Source: a virus
DNA: 64,000 nt
Reading direction: 5' to 3' (one strand)
Virus record (IMG/VR): IMGVR_UViG_3300046820_003928
Location: 64,001 to 128,000 of that record
Shown: positions 26,574 to 37,496 of the stretch, one piece after another
Layout of the letters: the number at the start of each line of letters is the position of its first letter
Position numbering within the stretch: the stretch's first letter is position 1
Made by a program: the position numbers and the translations under genes
Notes under the pieces: generated by a model
What the model saw: the letters and a program-made list of their open reading frames with translations, nothing else
What the model was told of the DNA's origin: nothing
Databases searched by the model: none

Positions 26574-28355
26574 TCAATTAGCTGTGTAAAACCTGGCTAG
26601 ACTTGCAGGTATTCCGTCTGATCCTATTCTAATGTCTCCGATTGAAATGTCAACTGTTTGATTTTGAATGAGATTTATTTCTGTAAGTGAAAGTTTGTAA
26701 TTTATGCCATCAAATCCTGTTGTCGAAATCAAAGAAAGCGATTCTCCCTCTCTTGTGACATCAAGATATTCGGGATCAAAGTAGATCCTAATCCTGCTGT
26801 GTCCGCTGTCCTTGATTAGATCGCTGAAGAAATCACCCAGAATATTGACATTTGGATATGGCTTTGGTGCACCAGCAGTAGAGATCCTAGAAACAAGAAG
26901 TTTTCCTGTTATTCTATCAAATCTTACACGGAATTGCTCAGAAAAAGAAGAAGAGTATCCGTGAGCATCAATACAGCACAGGGCGTAGATGTAATCGCTG
27001 GAAAAATCAACGAAGGTTGTATCAAGATAACTCTTCTTTGGACCTGACTCTATTTGAATCTTGCTCTCAGGAATTGTCTCTCCTGACGTGTATGGCAAAA
27101 TTGTGTTATCAAAATTGATCTCTCTTATGATTGAGAAGGGATCATTTATACTCTTCCTTCTAAAGACCTGAAATCTCTTGATATCTTTTTGTGGATTAGA
27201 GGGAAAGTTCCATCGAATGTATAGTCCAGAAAGTGTCTGCTGGAAGGAAATGTTGACCGGTGGGTCGGGAGGAATTATCTCAATGCAGTCAACAGTTGCA
27301 AATTCACCAGTAGATGCAAATAAAGAAATTGCGACAGAAAACCCTTCAGGCGTAGGAAATGATGATGTATCTGCAAGAGAAAAAACAGACGAATAAATCG
27401 TTCTAATCTTGTACTTGTATGTTGCTCCGTACCTTACTTGTGTATCCTGGTATGAGCTGATTGTGGGATCTTCAATTACTATATCTGGGTAACGAAGCGT
27501 TGAACCGTCAAGCTGCTCACCATATTTCTCAATAATATAGCCAACTTTTCCGCTTCGAAGACCCGATGTCTCTGTTCCCGATCGAAAAAAATTAGAATAA
27601 ACAGTCTCAATTTCAACGTCAATTTCATTTTCTGTTATTCTAAAGGGATCAAATGCCGTAGATTTTGCCCTATCCTGAACGGGAACTGATTCATTATACG
27701 CTGCTGCAAATTCATCAGCATATGCAGATGCTTGCCATCGTGCAGAAGTCTCAAGAATATCAGATACAAATAGGTTATTCAGAGACAGGCCAAGATTTAC
27801 TGCTTTTACATCGGTCTCATATAAGTTTGTTATCTCTGAACGTGTGTCTGCCTCGGAAAATTTAAGACCAGACGACTGTTGCCTTCCTGCGCTAAGAAAA
27901 TCTCTTGTCGATGCATTCGTTGCAGAAACATCCGACGAGCTTGCAAAGCTGTAGATCTTCTCATCGACTGCGGTGTCATGAATGAGAATTCCCGAAAAAT
28001 TATTATCAAAGGGTGCATCCTCGTAGATTAGCTTTCCTTGATCGATTGCGTTGCTAATCGTCAACCCCTCGGGCAGTGAAGTATTTTCATATTCAGTATT
28101 TGATGAAAATGAAAGGTTCACAACTCGAGGTAGAACTCCATTTTCATAGTTTTCAGATACAAAAAGATATTGATCAGTGTCTGCATCGATTGAATCTAAG
28201 AAAGTCTCCTCAGAGACTCCTTCGTCTCTTGTGTAGTAGTTGTACACAAACTCTGCTTCTATTTTTTCACTTTTTGGAAAGTAAATGTAATAGAAAGGAA
28301 TGCTTACAGATGAAGTTGCGAAGAGAAGATCAGAATCTGTAATGTATGAAGACAT
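26574..28355 (-). CDS. Virion structural protein with FN3/Ig-like domains
   Basis: YQDTQVRYGATYKYKIR, PPDPPVN...IRWNFP, YIYALCCIDAHG. Confidence 0.6.
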   Translation of the reverse strand: MSSYITDSDLLFATSSVSIPFYYIYFPKSEKIEAEFVYNYYTRDEGVSEETFLDSIDADTDQYLFVSENYENGVLPRVVNLSFSSNTEYENTSLPEGLTISNAIDQGKLIYEDAPFDNNFSGILIHDTAVDEKIYSFASSSDVSATNASTRDFLSAGRQQSSGLKFSEADTRSEITNLYETDVKAVNLGLSLNNLFVSDILETSARWQASAYADEFAAAYNESVPVQDRAKSTAFDPFRITENEIDVEIETVYSNFFRSGTETSGLRSGKVGYIIEKYGEQLDGSTLRYPDIVIEDPTISSYQDTQVRYGATYKYKIRTIYSSVFSLADTSSFPTPEGFSVAISLFASTGEFATVDCIEIIPPDPPVNISFQQTLSGLYIRWNFPSNPQKDIKRFQVFRRKSINDPFSIIREINFDNTILPYTSGETIPESKIQIESGPKKSYLDTTFVDFSSDYIYALCCIDAHGYSSSFSEQFRVRFDRITGKLLVSRISTAGAPKPYPNVNILGDFFSDLIKDSGHSRIRIYFDPEYLDVTREGESLSLISTTGFDGINYKLSLTEINLIQNQTVDISIGDIRIGSDGIPASLARFYTAN

Positions 28356-31300
28356 TATGAGTTTATCCTTGCATAAAATTCTGTAAGAACATTTCCTACA
28401 TTTTTTCCTTCATATAGAACATATACGATCTTGTCAAACAGAGGTGAAGATTCAAGGTCATCAAGCATTGTTGTAGTTATAAAGTCTCTGTGCATCATTA
28501 TCATAGATCTAAGCCTTGCATATTCGAGTGCTCTATCTGCATCCTCAGTCCCATATCCAGCTGCTATAAGGATCTCATTGGCTGTGATGAGCTCTGGATA
28601 GTCTCGTGACATGGGGGTTTTTGTAGTAGCATACCTTACATATAGACCGTAAACGTCCTCAAGATATGACTGCAATGCTGCCTGGACCACTGCAGAAGAG
28701 TAATCGATGGATCTCTGATTTTCTGTCATTTCAGATCTAAATAGAGTTGAAAGAGAAGAAAGACCAGAGTTCGACACTAGATACCCGATGCTATTATCGG
28801 ATAGATCGCTTGGTCTTGCATTTGATTCAAAGTCATCATACATTCCAACGATGAGACTATTGAACGGACCTCCAGTATCTGGTCTATTGTTTTTTGCAGA
28901 TTCAATATACTTGAACTGGTAATCTATTTTGTTTTCATCAGTTTCTGCAGAGACATCGTCAGCAAAAAGATCAACTCCAAAATAAAACTTTCTTTCGGAT
29001 TGAGCAAGTCGTAATCTCTCGAGTAGGCCGTACGGGATACCCACTATACAGACTTGAAGGTCTGATCTTTCTGGTATCCTGTCTTTAAAAACTGCCTCAA
29101 TTATCGATCTATAGTTTTGTGACCTTGTCGCAATCGTGCTTATGCTTGTTCCGGGTATAAGTGTCTGGTATCTTTGTGATCTATAGAGAAGCTCAACAAT
29201 TGACTCTGGTGTTAGATATCTTCCAGCGATCCTTGATGCTCTGTCTGAATCTCCGCCATATTGTCCTGCTATTATTGAGATTTGATTTTCAATCTGCCTA
29301 ATTGCACTAACTTGGGAATTCAGCGTGGTTAACTGATACGCAATGAGAGAAATCAAGTCTTGAGATACCTGAAGTGAGAATTTCACAGGAGATCTTGCGA
29401 ACTTAAAAAATGACTCCTGTCCTATGTCAATATCTGACTGTTCAGGGGATTCTCCTGTGATTATCTGATAGTATTCGAAATCAAGATCACTTGCCTGAGT
29501 ATTCTCAAAGGCTCCTCTCAAAGATTCAACAAGAAATGCAGCAGATGATCTGAACCACTCAATCGAACCTCTAAACCTGTTGTTTGACTCATTATAAGAA
29601 AGTGCAATTCTAAGTCTTAGCTTTCTAATGAAGTAAAGAAACATTGTAAAAGCTGAGATTTTTATCTTTCTTCTTAGACTTTCTGATGTTGAAATTGCTG
29701 GGTACTTTGTCTCAAGTACACCTAGAATTCCATCAAAAATACCAAGAATTCCACTTGAGGCAAAGATGTTGCTAAATGTATCTTCGTAGTTGTCTCCCTT
29801 TCCAAAGTCTATCTCAGATTTTGCCTGATTTTTCTGGATTTGATCACCAGTTCCTGTTCTTGTTTTGGTAAAATCAGACTTGCTATCTTTGACAAATCCA
29901 GTTGAAAAAGTAAATTTATCATATCCATCACTTTCATTAAAGATGTCGTCTCTGGATCGAAAGAGATCACTTTCAGGATTTTCATTCATAATCTTGGAAA
30001 GAAGCATGAGAGCATTTTCATCATTCTTGGATGCAAGACCAAACATTATCATTCTAAGGGTGTCTAATTCGCTTGGTGAATCTGAACAAAGCGAGACGTT
30101 TATTGCATGTCCAAAATAATCATAGAAAGCTCTCAGAACTGTCAATGCACACTGGTTCGTTATTACGGCTCTATTTTCAGAAGGAAATCTTGAAAGAGAT
30201 CCGGCAATTTCATCGATTCCAGATTTTATCAAAGCAAGATCTTCTAGTTTTTTAATCAAAATGTCTTCAATAGGAGAATAAATGTTAGATTCATTGACAT
30301 TAGAACTAATAAAACTGTCAAATAGTGATAAAATCTGACCTTCAGAAGTTTCCACAAATCGTATAGAGTCCTCGGTTGTCTGATTGATAGTAATGTTTAC
30401 CAGATCGTCCGGAAGAAAGGCAGAAATTCTTCCCGCATCTTCTCTTCCTGGACGAATTGAAACTGGGAGGCTTTCTAGCTGCGAAAATCCAGACACTTCC
30501 ATTATTTCATATGCAAGAAATACCGGAATCTGTCTAATAAACTCTGTTGTAGCAGCATCATTTCTAATTGCATATCCGAATTTAAAGGCAAGAGAGTTTC
30601 CGTAAGATATGTTATTGTCAATGGCAGCCTGCTCAATTTCATTATAATTGTTAGATGCAGAATAAAATTCAGCAACCTTTGCAATCGATGATTTTGCAAA
30701 GGATAGATTAGAATTCATTGATATTCTATCGGATGTAAAATCCTGAAGCTTTGCCACAGTAAATGCATCGACATCATCATATGGATTTAGATAACCAAAT
30801 TCATCGATATCATTTAGCCTAATTCCCTGAGTTATCTGAAAAAGAGCTGCCTTTAAAATCTGATATTGTCTTGTGGTCTTTATCTGGCTATTTCTCTCAA
30901 ATTCAGATCCAGCAGGGCCAATCTTCTTTCCTATGAATCTGTCAACCATCTGAGAGTAGATGTCTTTGTTTGAGCTATTGTATTTTGAAACATCGTCATC
31001 GACATAGTCGACTGACATATTTCCAAAGTCTCCCGTATCTGAACTTGTAAAAGAAAATGAAAATGCAGATGGTCCAGCAGGTCCTAGCACGTTTCTAGGT
31101 TCTGCAACTGTTGTAGCAGAGTCTATCGACACGCTTAAAAGTTCTGAATCTGTGGGCGTGGTAATTTTTGTTGTATCAATAATTTGCTCTTTTAGAGACC
31201 CAATCTCTATGAGAGCTTTTGAGACTGTATTGTATTTAGAAAGATTCTCGTTGCGCCGTGACGCAATGACTTCCGGCGCCGTTGGAGATCCGTCACTCAG

Positions 31301-31804
31301 AACTGAGCCCAGGCTAAGATAGTATTGATTTACTATATCATTTGCCTTTGTAACCGTTGAATCCCTGAGATCATTCTGGATCTCATATATTGACCCAAGA
31401 TTTGTAGGAACATCTCCCTTAAAGAGGTTTGTTAGAGGAAACGTCCCAAGTATAACAGGATAGCCACTGCAAATTCCGCTTCCGGTAATCTCTGTGTCAT
31501 AAATCGTTGAATCATATGAAAAGACTGTGCTAGTAATTTCGGGTATTGTTCTTGCTTCAACACCAAGTGATCCTGCTGCCCCTACAGCAGCAGTATTCGG
31601 TATTGTAACTCTAAATGCAGGATTTGAAGGTTCTTCACTATCACTTATAACAGCAGGAGATACCTGTGAAAGTGTTGCAGGAATTACCGGGATAGTCACA
31701 GCAAGGCTGGGAGATCCGTAATCCGAAATTCTTAGCTGATTAGGCTTTGCAGCGGAGACATTTGAAGCTGAGATTTTTGATCTTGTTGTATCTTCTATTG
31801 GCAC
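28355..31804 (-). CDS. Large hypothetical virion protein (1149 aa)
   Basis: Long ORF coupled at both ends within the structural block. Confidence 0.65.
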   Translation of the reverse strand: MPIEDTTRSKISASNVSAAKPNQLRISDYGSPSLAVTIPVIPATLSQVSPAVISDSEEPSNPAFRVTIPNTAAVGAAGSLGVEARTIPEITSTVFSYDSTIYDTEITGSGICSGYPVILGTFPLTNLFKGDVPTNLGSIYEIQNDLRDSTVTKANDIVNQYYLSLGSVLSDGSPTAPEVIASRRNENLSKYNTVSKALIEIGSLKEQIIDTTKITTPTDSELLSVSIDSATTVAEPRNVLGPAGPSAFSFSFTSSDTGDFGNMSVDYVDDDVSKYNSSNKDIYSQMVDRFIGKKIGPAGSEFERNSQIKTTRQYQILKAALFQITQGIRLNDIDEFGYLNPYDDVDAFTVAKLQDFTSDRISMNSNLSFAKSSIAKVAEFYSASNNYNEIEQAAIDNNISYGNSLAFKFGYAIRNDAATTEFIRQIPVFLAYEIMEVSGFSQLESLPVSIRPGREDAGRISAFLPDDLVNITINQTTEDSIRFVETSEGQILSLFDSFISSNVNESNIYSPIEDILIKKLEDLALIKSGIDEIAGSLSRFPSENRAVITNQCALTVLRAFYDYFGHAINVSLCSDSPSELDTLRMIMFGLASKNDENALMLLSKIMNENPESDLFRSRDDIFNESDGYDKFTFSTGFVKDSKSDFTKTRTGTGDQIQKNQAKSEIDFGKGDNYEDTFSNIFASSGILGIFDGILGVLETKYPAISTSESLRRKIKISAFTMFLYFIRKLRLRIALSYNESNNRFRGSIEWFRSSAAFLVESLRGAFENTQASDLDFEYYQIITGESPEQSDIDIGQESFFKFARSPVKFSLQVSQDLISLIAYQLTTLNSQVSAIRQIENQISIIAGQYGGDSDRASRIAGRYLTPESIVELLYRSQRYQTLIPGTSISTIATRSQNYRSIIEAVFKDRIPERSDLQVCIVGIPYGLLERLRLAQSERKFYFGVDLFADDVSAETDENKIDYQFKYIESAKNNRPDTGGPFNSLIVGMYDDFESNARPSDLSDNSIGYLVSNSGLSSLSTLFRSEMTENQRSIDYSSAVVQAALQSYLEDVYGLYVRYATTKTPMSRDYPELITANEILIAAGYGTEDADRALEYARLRSMIMMHRDFITTTMLDDLESSPLFDKIVYVLYEGKNVGNVLTEFYARINS

Positions 31805-33747
31805 TAGAATCTCCTTGCAAGGCTAATATTTCCACGATTTCCTGAATAAAAGACTGGAATAATAGAAACTGATATTGGTCTCTGGGTTCCTAAGAAATAA
31901 ACTTGTCGACTAAGTCCTGTGGGAGTAGACTTAAACACTTCTTGATCGGCAGTTATCTCAAAATAGTCTATTTCTTCGGTATTTCCTGCTGCATTCCAGG
32001 AAATGAAATTTCCTCGTCTTGTGATTGACAACCCTAGATTTGACAAAGACACAGATTCCTGAGATTCTGTGCTTATCCTAACATCTGAAAAAACTCCAGT
32101 TCTGCCCGAGTAATATCCTATATCAGATAGAGACAAAGAATTTCCCGATCTTATCGTGGATGTTCTAAGTGAAGATCTTGTGAAAAACTTTGAGCTAAAG
32201 CTTGTTGATTCTTTTTGTCTATTTCCTATCAACTTGGTTGTGAGATCAACACTTGTTCCGAGATTGAAGGCATTGTTTGCTAGTATTTCCCTTCCTGATG
32301 CGAGAGACTCAAGCGACTCTGGTGTCGATCTAACTGCTGCTTCAAATCTATAGATGTATCCGGATATGCTATCATCAGAAATTGTAATGCTTCCCGTTGG
32401 AAACACTCCGATTTCTTGCTCTATTCCCGTTGCAAGAGAGATCCTTGTAGTAATGACTCTTGTTATTGGTTTTAAATTGTTTGTCATTTTTTCAAGATCA
32501 TTTGACAAAAGAGACTCTAGGCCAAGTGACTTTATATCTCCTATGAGATTGTCATACAGCGACTCAGTCTTGTAATCAACAGAAACATCAAAGGTTGCAA
32601 AACCCGAGTCTTGACTTGATTCTACAAGAGACGACTTAACAATAGCAAGTTTGTCAAGCTTTAGACCCGGCACAACAATTTCAGACGGACTAGCGTGACT
32701 AGTTCCCTGGCTGTCGACGTACTCAATAGAGTAGACGTAATCATATTGTGGTATTCTACTTAGATCTTGAATTAGAAGTGTAGAACTTCCAAAGACATTT
32801 GAGCTTCCTACGAACTCTCTATCGCCTCCGAGGAGTTTTTGTCTGTAAAGAAAAACCTTCTTTATAGTGCTATTGATCCCAAAGACTGAAAAATCAACAG
32901 ACTCATTTGTTAGAGACTTAACATAGAACGGAATAGTCTTGACGTCATTTATGAATCCTGATTTAATCTCTTGAAAGTTTCCTATCCTTTGAGAAAAAAA
33001 TCTAGAGACTGGAATTGCCCTAACTGAATAGGTTCGATCTGAGTTGTCTACTTCAAACTCAAATGCAGCAACTCCAGAACTATTAACTGGCGACACAGCT
33101 GATCCTAGCGTGTCCCGAGATGACATCTCAGTAAAGGAATTACTTGTAACTACAAACTGAAATTCAGATGTTACAGGATCTTCTGTTGTTGCTGCAACTT
33201 GTATTTTATTTTTCTCATTCCTGGTTGTTGTCAAATAGAAATGATTATCTGGTATGTCGTATGTTTTTAATGCCTTTGTATGGCTGATTTCCATTGTATC
33301 AATTGTAGCTGTTGATCCGTTGGAAAGGACATAAGCAATTTCAGCAGTAAAAATGTCATCTAAATAGGCAGAACCAATCTGGGCCTCAAATTCTATCTTT
33401 TCTAGAGAAAAATCAGGTCTATCAATAAACTTTTCAAAGAAAAATCTCTTGGTGTATTTCCTGCTTTCAATGTTTTGATATCTCTGTGAATCGATTTTTT
33501 TTATGATGTTTGAACCTGCAACATCTGATTTCTTTATTGAAATGGCAGGTTCTCTTTTTTGAGACGAAAAAAGCCTAACCTTTAGATCTCCATCGATTTG
33601 ACCAATTAGGCTCTGATCTACTAGAATTGGAAAAACATAGTTGAATCTTATCCCAGGAGATGCCTCTTCATGGGATTTAATGAACACACTTGTAGGCCCT
33701 TCAAATTTTGCAAATAATTTGCTTTGTATTCTCTTTATTTTGATCAT
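31804..33747 (-). CDS. Hypothetical virion protein with Ig/FN3-like repeats
   Basis: TYSVRAIP, YVYSIEYVD, ISWNAAG beta-sandwich patterns. Confidence 0.6.
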   Translation of the reverse strand: MIKIKRIQSKLFAKFEGPTSVFIKSHEEASPGIRFNYVFPILVDQSLIGQIDGDLKVRLFSSQKREPAISIKKSDVAGSNIIKKIDSQRYQNIESRKYTKRFFFEKFIDRPDFSLEKIEFEAQIGSAYLDDIFTAEIAYVLSNGSTATIDTMEISHTKALKTYDIPDNHFYLTTTRNEKNKIQVAATTEDPVTSEFQFVVTSNSFTEMSSRDTLGSAVSPVNSSGVAAFEFEVDNSDRTYSVRAIPVSRFFSQRIGNFQEIKSGFINDVKTIPFYVKSLTNESVDFSVFGINSTIKKVFLYRQKLLGGDREFVGSSNVFGSSTLLIQDLSRIPQYDYVYSIEYVDSQGTSHASPSEIVVPGLKLDKLAIVKSSLVESSQDSGFATFDVSVDYKTESLYDNLIGDIKSLGLESLLSNDLEKMTNNLKPITRVITTRISLATGIEQEIGVFPTGSITISDDSISGYIYRFEAAVRSTPESLESLASGREILANNAFNLGTSVDLTTKLIGNRQKESTSFSSKFFTRSSLRTSTIRSGNSLSLSDIGYYSGRTGVFSDVRISTESQESVSLSNLGLSITRRGNFISWNAAGNTEEIDYFEITADQEVFKSTPTGLSRQVYFLGTQRPISVSIIPVFYSGNRGNISLARRF

Positions 33748-34683
33748 TTAATCAAATACCACAGTGAAAAGGTTGATAAAAGTAGCTGTCTGAGTGTCAT
33801 CAAGAAAGACCTTTCCAAAGAAAACTATTCTCTTCCTCGGATGCTCTCTATCAGTTGAATCAAATGCCTCTCCAAAGTCAACTGCATCAAGCTTTGTCAA
33901 TCCATTTGGAGAGACTTCAAAAAACTGTGCGACCATATCGTTGTCAAGAGAAGTATCTTGTACCTGTATATCGATCCTTTGCTTTATTGGATTGGCATCT
34001 GTGCCAAATATCTCTGATTTTAGATCCTCGTATGTGAGGCTGTTGTACTCTTTTATATTGTTAAATTCTGCTATCTCAACGCTTCCTGTAGTGGTTTCAA
34101 CAACTGGGGGCAAGAACTTAAACTGTGGGTTGTTGGCAAACCGCTTGTCAAAAAATAAAGAGTCAGCTTGATTGACGCTTGAAACTTCTATTTCCTTCGA
34201 CATGCTATTGTCAATCTTAAAGAATCCACTTATTGGATTCAGAATAAAATTAGGCGTATCGTCAAGAGGATCAGCAGAGGAAATTACTGTGTTATATTGA
34301 AGAGAGTTCTTAAATAGATCGACTATTCCACTAATTGCAGAAGAGAAATCAGATCCTGACGTTAAACCCTTAACAACAGATGATCCCTTGTAGGGGGTTC
34401 CATCAGACCCAATTTTTGTTCCAAATGCGCTAGCCGGTATCAGCTTGCCCGTGTCATCAGTGACAAGAGAAAGAATATTTTGAGGCTGTTGCGGCATTGC
34501 CTCAAGATACAGTCTATCGGTCGCTGTATCGTAAGATCCAGTTACGCTTCCGGGGTCATAGAATGCATGTCCATCTGAAAGGGTTGCATAAGCGATCTTA
34601 AGCCCACCCCTTGCAAGCGCCTCTCTTCCCGTGGGTGTCATAACAACATCCATGACTCTCGTCTTTGGATTTAGAATTCCCAT
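33748..34683 (-). CDS. Tail/baseplate structural protein, N-terminus paralogous to 25817-26521
   Basis: MGILNPKTRVMDVVMTPTGREALA...SD vs MGFLDQSTNNIILDAVLTDTGRRLLA...AD. Confidence 0.65.
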   Translation of the reverse strand: MGILNPKTRVMDVVMTPTGREALARGGLKIAYATLSDGHAFYDPGSVTGSYDTATDRLYLEAMPQQPQNILSLVTDDTGKLIPASAFGTKIGSDGTPYKGSSVVKGLTSGSDFSSAISGIVDLFKNSLQYNTVISSADPLDDTPNFILNPISGFFKIDNSMSKEIEVSSVNQADSLFFDKRFANNPQFKFLPPVVETTTGSVEIAEFNNIKEYNSLTYEDLKSEIFGTDANPIKQRIDIQVQDTSLDNDMVAQFFEVSPNGLTKLDAVDFGEAFDSTDREHPRKRIVFFGKVFLDDTQTATFINLFTVVFD

Positions 34684-34700
34684 AAATGGGCCCTCATAGT

Positions 34701-37496
34701 CTAATTATTGAATCCAAAACTTCCCGTTATACCAAATACAAGGTTATTGGGACCAAATTTAGCAAATGAAGCTGGAAGGGGACCTCTATTGTGAACAATT
34801 CCATCATCAGCATAGGGTCTTGAAGATGTGCACTCGAAGCTAAGATTGCTAGATTGTGTCTCACTGGGAGAAACTACTGTGTCAGCTGATGCGCTAACAA
34901 ACATTGCATTAATAGCAGCTTCTCCAACGACATCTTTTCCAGTGCTTGTAATTACATATTTTGTATTTCTACCTTGCTCAAGAAGATCTCTAAACTGTCC
35001 ATATCTATCTCTTCTATAGACACTTCCAGGTCCAATTATTCTCGGGCTTATCATTCCATATCTAATTGAGGCAGCACCCTTATAGTTCTTCTGGACAGCT
35101 GCTGGATCATCTACTGCCGGATTTGTTGCTCCATTGTAATACATAAAAAATCTGGAAACATCGCCACGTCCTGCTCCTAAATAAATAGAAGCTGAAGGAT
35201 TTAAAAGAGAAACAATAAAATCACGCTGTCTAGCTTGTGAATTCTCTTTTTCATAAGTGAAGGGTCGACTAAAAAGAGAATTTCCTTCTCTTATGTTTTC
35301 AACTGGATAACCCCTTGTTCCATCTTTGTTTATTTGAAGTGCTGGCTCTTTAGTTAAAAACGATACAGATACCAGGCTATTATCAAGGCCATCAGCAATT
35401 ACTGATATTGGTGGTACAAAAGTATCGTAGTAGAGAAAGTCGCTAGATATAAGTTTGATATTTCTCTGGAGAGATCCTGTTATCCATGCCTCTCCTTTTG
35501 TTGCAAATGACACCCTTTCTCTTTCCCCTGCAAAGATGTCTCCAGAGAAGACATTGTCAACATATGATGCAGAAAGAATTGACCTGTCATAGATGTCAAA
35601 TTGATCAAAGGGCCCTGATTCATGGATGTCTTCCTGGACAGCAGATGATCCAAGATGTTGATTTAGGACAGGGAGTTGCTCAACCTTATTTGAAATTAGG
35701 GATCCGTAAAGCACAACCTGCGCATTTCCTGCTCGTATTGTGACACGAGAACCAGTTATTGCTAGGACGCTTGTGTCTATTCCTTCATCACTTCTTCCCG
35801 TTCCGGGAGATTGCATATTTGAATTTGCACCTGAATCGATTCCAAACACAAGCTCATCATCGGGAAAGAGAATGATAGGAGTCATCTTGGAAGTTGAAAA
35901 GTCTGAAACTGTGCTTATTTCAGTTCCAGCTAAATTTCCTAGACCGCTTCCCGATGTTATTGATGCTGGAGATCCCTCCCAGAACGAAGAAACAAGAGAT
36001 CTTGGGCTTGGTTTGCAATTTTGAAATTGAACTGTCGGAGAAAATGCACCGGGAATAACGTTTAAATTTCTGAATCCAGAAGGAACAAACGGAGCTACAG
36101 ACGTTCCAGAGGCAACCTGACCTCCTCTCCAGAAGTTTTGAATAAATACGCTACCTGTTACAGATCCAGTTCCGGCCCTAAAAGCAGATCCTGCAAGCTT
36201 TGATGTGGTCCCAAACACGCTATTGAACGTAAGAGGTCTAAAAGTCATATCAATTTTTGCATTTATTGACTTTTTTACTGAGACACCTGGCATTGACGCA
36301 GTTCTGAATGGAAGATCAAAGGAGTAGAACTGTGAAACGTTGTGCAACAAGGGCTGTCCCGGTCTTACAGCATCGAGCGTGTTTCTATTAAAAAAGCAAA
36401 AAGATTCTTTTCCAACAAGGTATCTTATGCTACTTGATACGTCTTGCTCGCTATCCGGGGTTGCATTTGATCTATTTTGAACATAGACAAAAAACACATA
36501 GTTGTCGATATCTCGACCAAAACCAAAGTCTGTTGCTCCGACACCGCTTCTGGGATCTTGCGTTCTAAATGCAGTTACTGGAAAATTTACTGAGATTCTG
36601 TCAACTACGAATGGCGCAGTGATATAGTCAGATAATTTTAAAGAGCTTCCAGTAGGAGAGTGATATCTTGGTGCATAAGGGGCTTCAAAAAAAGATGTGG
36701 GCTCTCCGATTCTGTGATAACCTCTTGCCTCAAGAGCAGCGTCGTTAGATGGCCTGTAAAGAGGATCCTCAGAGACCAGGCTGTATGGACTTCCTGTAAA
36801 TTGTCCAAGATATGTATTTGTTCCGCTTACTATTTTATAGACAGGAGTTCCGGCAAATGGAAGTGCAAGATTTTCATCTAGCTGAAATATGGGATCGTAA
36901 GCAACAGGGCTACCAGTTGATGGATCCCTTGTTCCAACATCTTCCCAGGATTTTGTCTTATGATTGTAATAAAGGAATCCCGATCCTGATCTTCCGTAGA
37001 AAGGACCTGACGGGTCTCGGTTGCTATCTCCAGAATTTAGCTTAATAACATCAAAATCAGATGTTGTGCTTAGATCAAAGACAAGCGCTGTCTTGTCCGA
37101 ATCAGGTGAAGCAAATCCAGGAAATAGCTCTGAAGGGAAGCCTGGATCGTCTCTTTTGCTGTAGGCAGCCGGATTTGATCCTTCTTTAAATGGAAAGACT
37201 GGATTATATTGAATTTTTTTATCCTGATATGATGATCCATCTCTAATTGATGAAGTTAGAAAAAGTGTTCCAGTCAAAAATCCAGACTCAGAAGCCCTAT
37301 CTGCAGGAATCATATACGGTGCGAGGATTGATCTGTTGTTTTCAAAGACTATAGTATTATCATTTTCAGAAAACGGAGATGACTCTTCACCAATTTCATT
37401 CTGATATCCAGTTCTAACTACTGGAGGTATAACATTGACAGAGTCTTTCTGCCTAGCGTAGGCTCTTGGTGAAACATTTAGAAATCTACTTTTCAT
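34701..37496 (-). CDS. Large hypothetical virion protein (931 aa, S/T-G-S rich)
   Basis: Coupled ORF in the baseplate block. Confidence 0.65.
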   Translation of the reverse strand: MKSRFLNVSPRAYARQKDSVNVIPPVVRTGYQNEIGEESSPFSENDNTIVFENNRSILAPYMIPADRASESGFLTGTLFLTSSIRDGSSYQDKKIQYNPVFPFKEGSNPAAYSKRDDPGFPSELFPGFASPDSDKTALVFDLSTTSDFDVIKLNSGDSNRDPSGPFYGRSGSGFLYYNHKTKSWEDVGTRDPSTGSPVAYDPIFQLDENLALPFAGTPVYKIVSGTNTYLGQFTGSPYSLVSEDPLYRPSNDAALEARGYHRIGEPTSFFEAPYAPRYHSPTGSSLKLSDYITAPFVVDRISVNFPVTAFRTQDPRSGVGATDFGFGRDIDNYVFFVYVQNRSNATPDSEQDVSSSIRYLVGKESFCFFNRNTLDAVRPGQPLLHNVSQFYSFDLPFRTASMPGVSVKKSINAKIDMTFRPLTFNSVFGTTSKLAGSAFRAGTGSVTGSVFIQNFWRGGQVASGTSVAPFVPSGFRNLNVIPGAFSPTVQFQNCKPSPRSLVSSFWEGSPASITSGSGLGNLAGTEISTVSDFSTSKMTPIILFPDDELVFGIDSGANSNMQSPGTGRSDEGIDTSVLAITGSRVTIRAGNAQVVLYGSLISNKVEQLPVLNQHLGSSAVQEDIHESGPFDQFDIYDRSILSASYVDNVFSGDIFAGERERVSFATKGEAWITGSLQRNIKLISSDFLYYDTFVPPISVIADGLDNSLVSVSFLTKEPALQINKDGTRGYPVENIREGNSLFSRPFTYEKENSQARQRDFIVSLLNPSASIYLGAGRGDVSRFFMYYNGATNPAVDDPAAVQKNYKGAASIRYGMISPRIIGPGSVYRRDRYGQFRDLLEQGRNTKYVITSTGKDVVGEAAINAMFVSASADTVVSPSETQSSNLSFECTSSRPYADDGIVHNRGPLPASFAKFGPNNLVFGITGSFGFNN

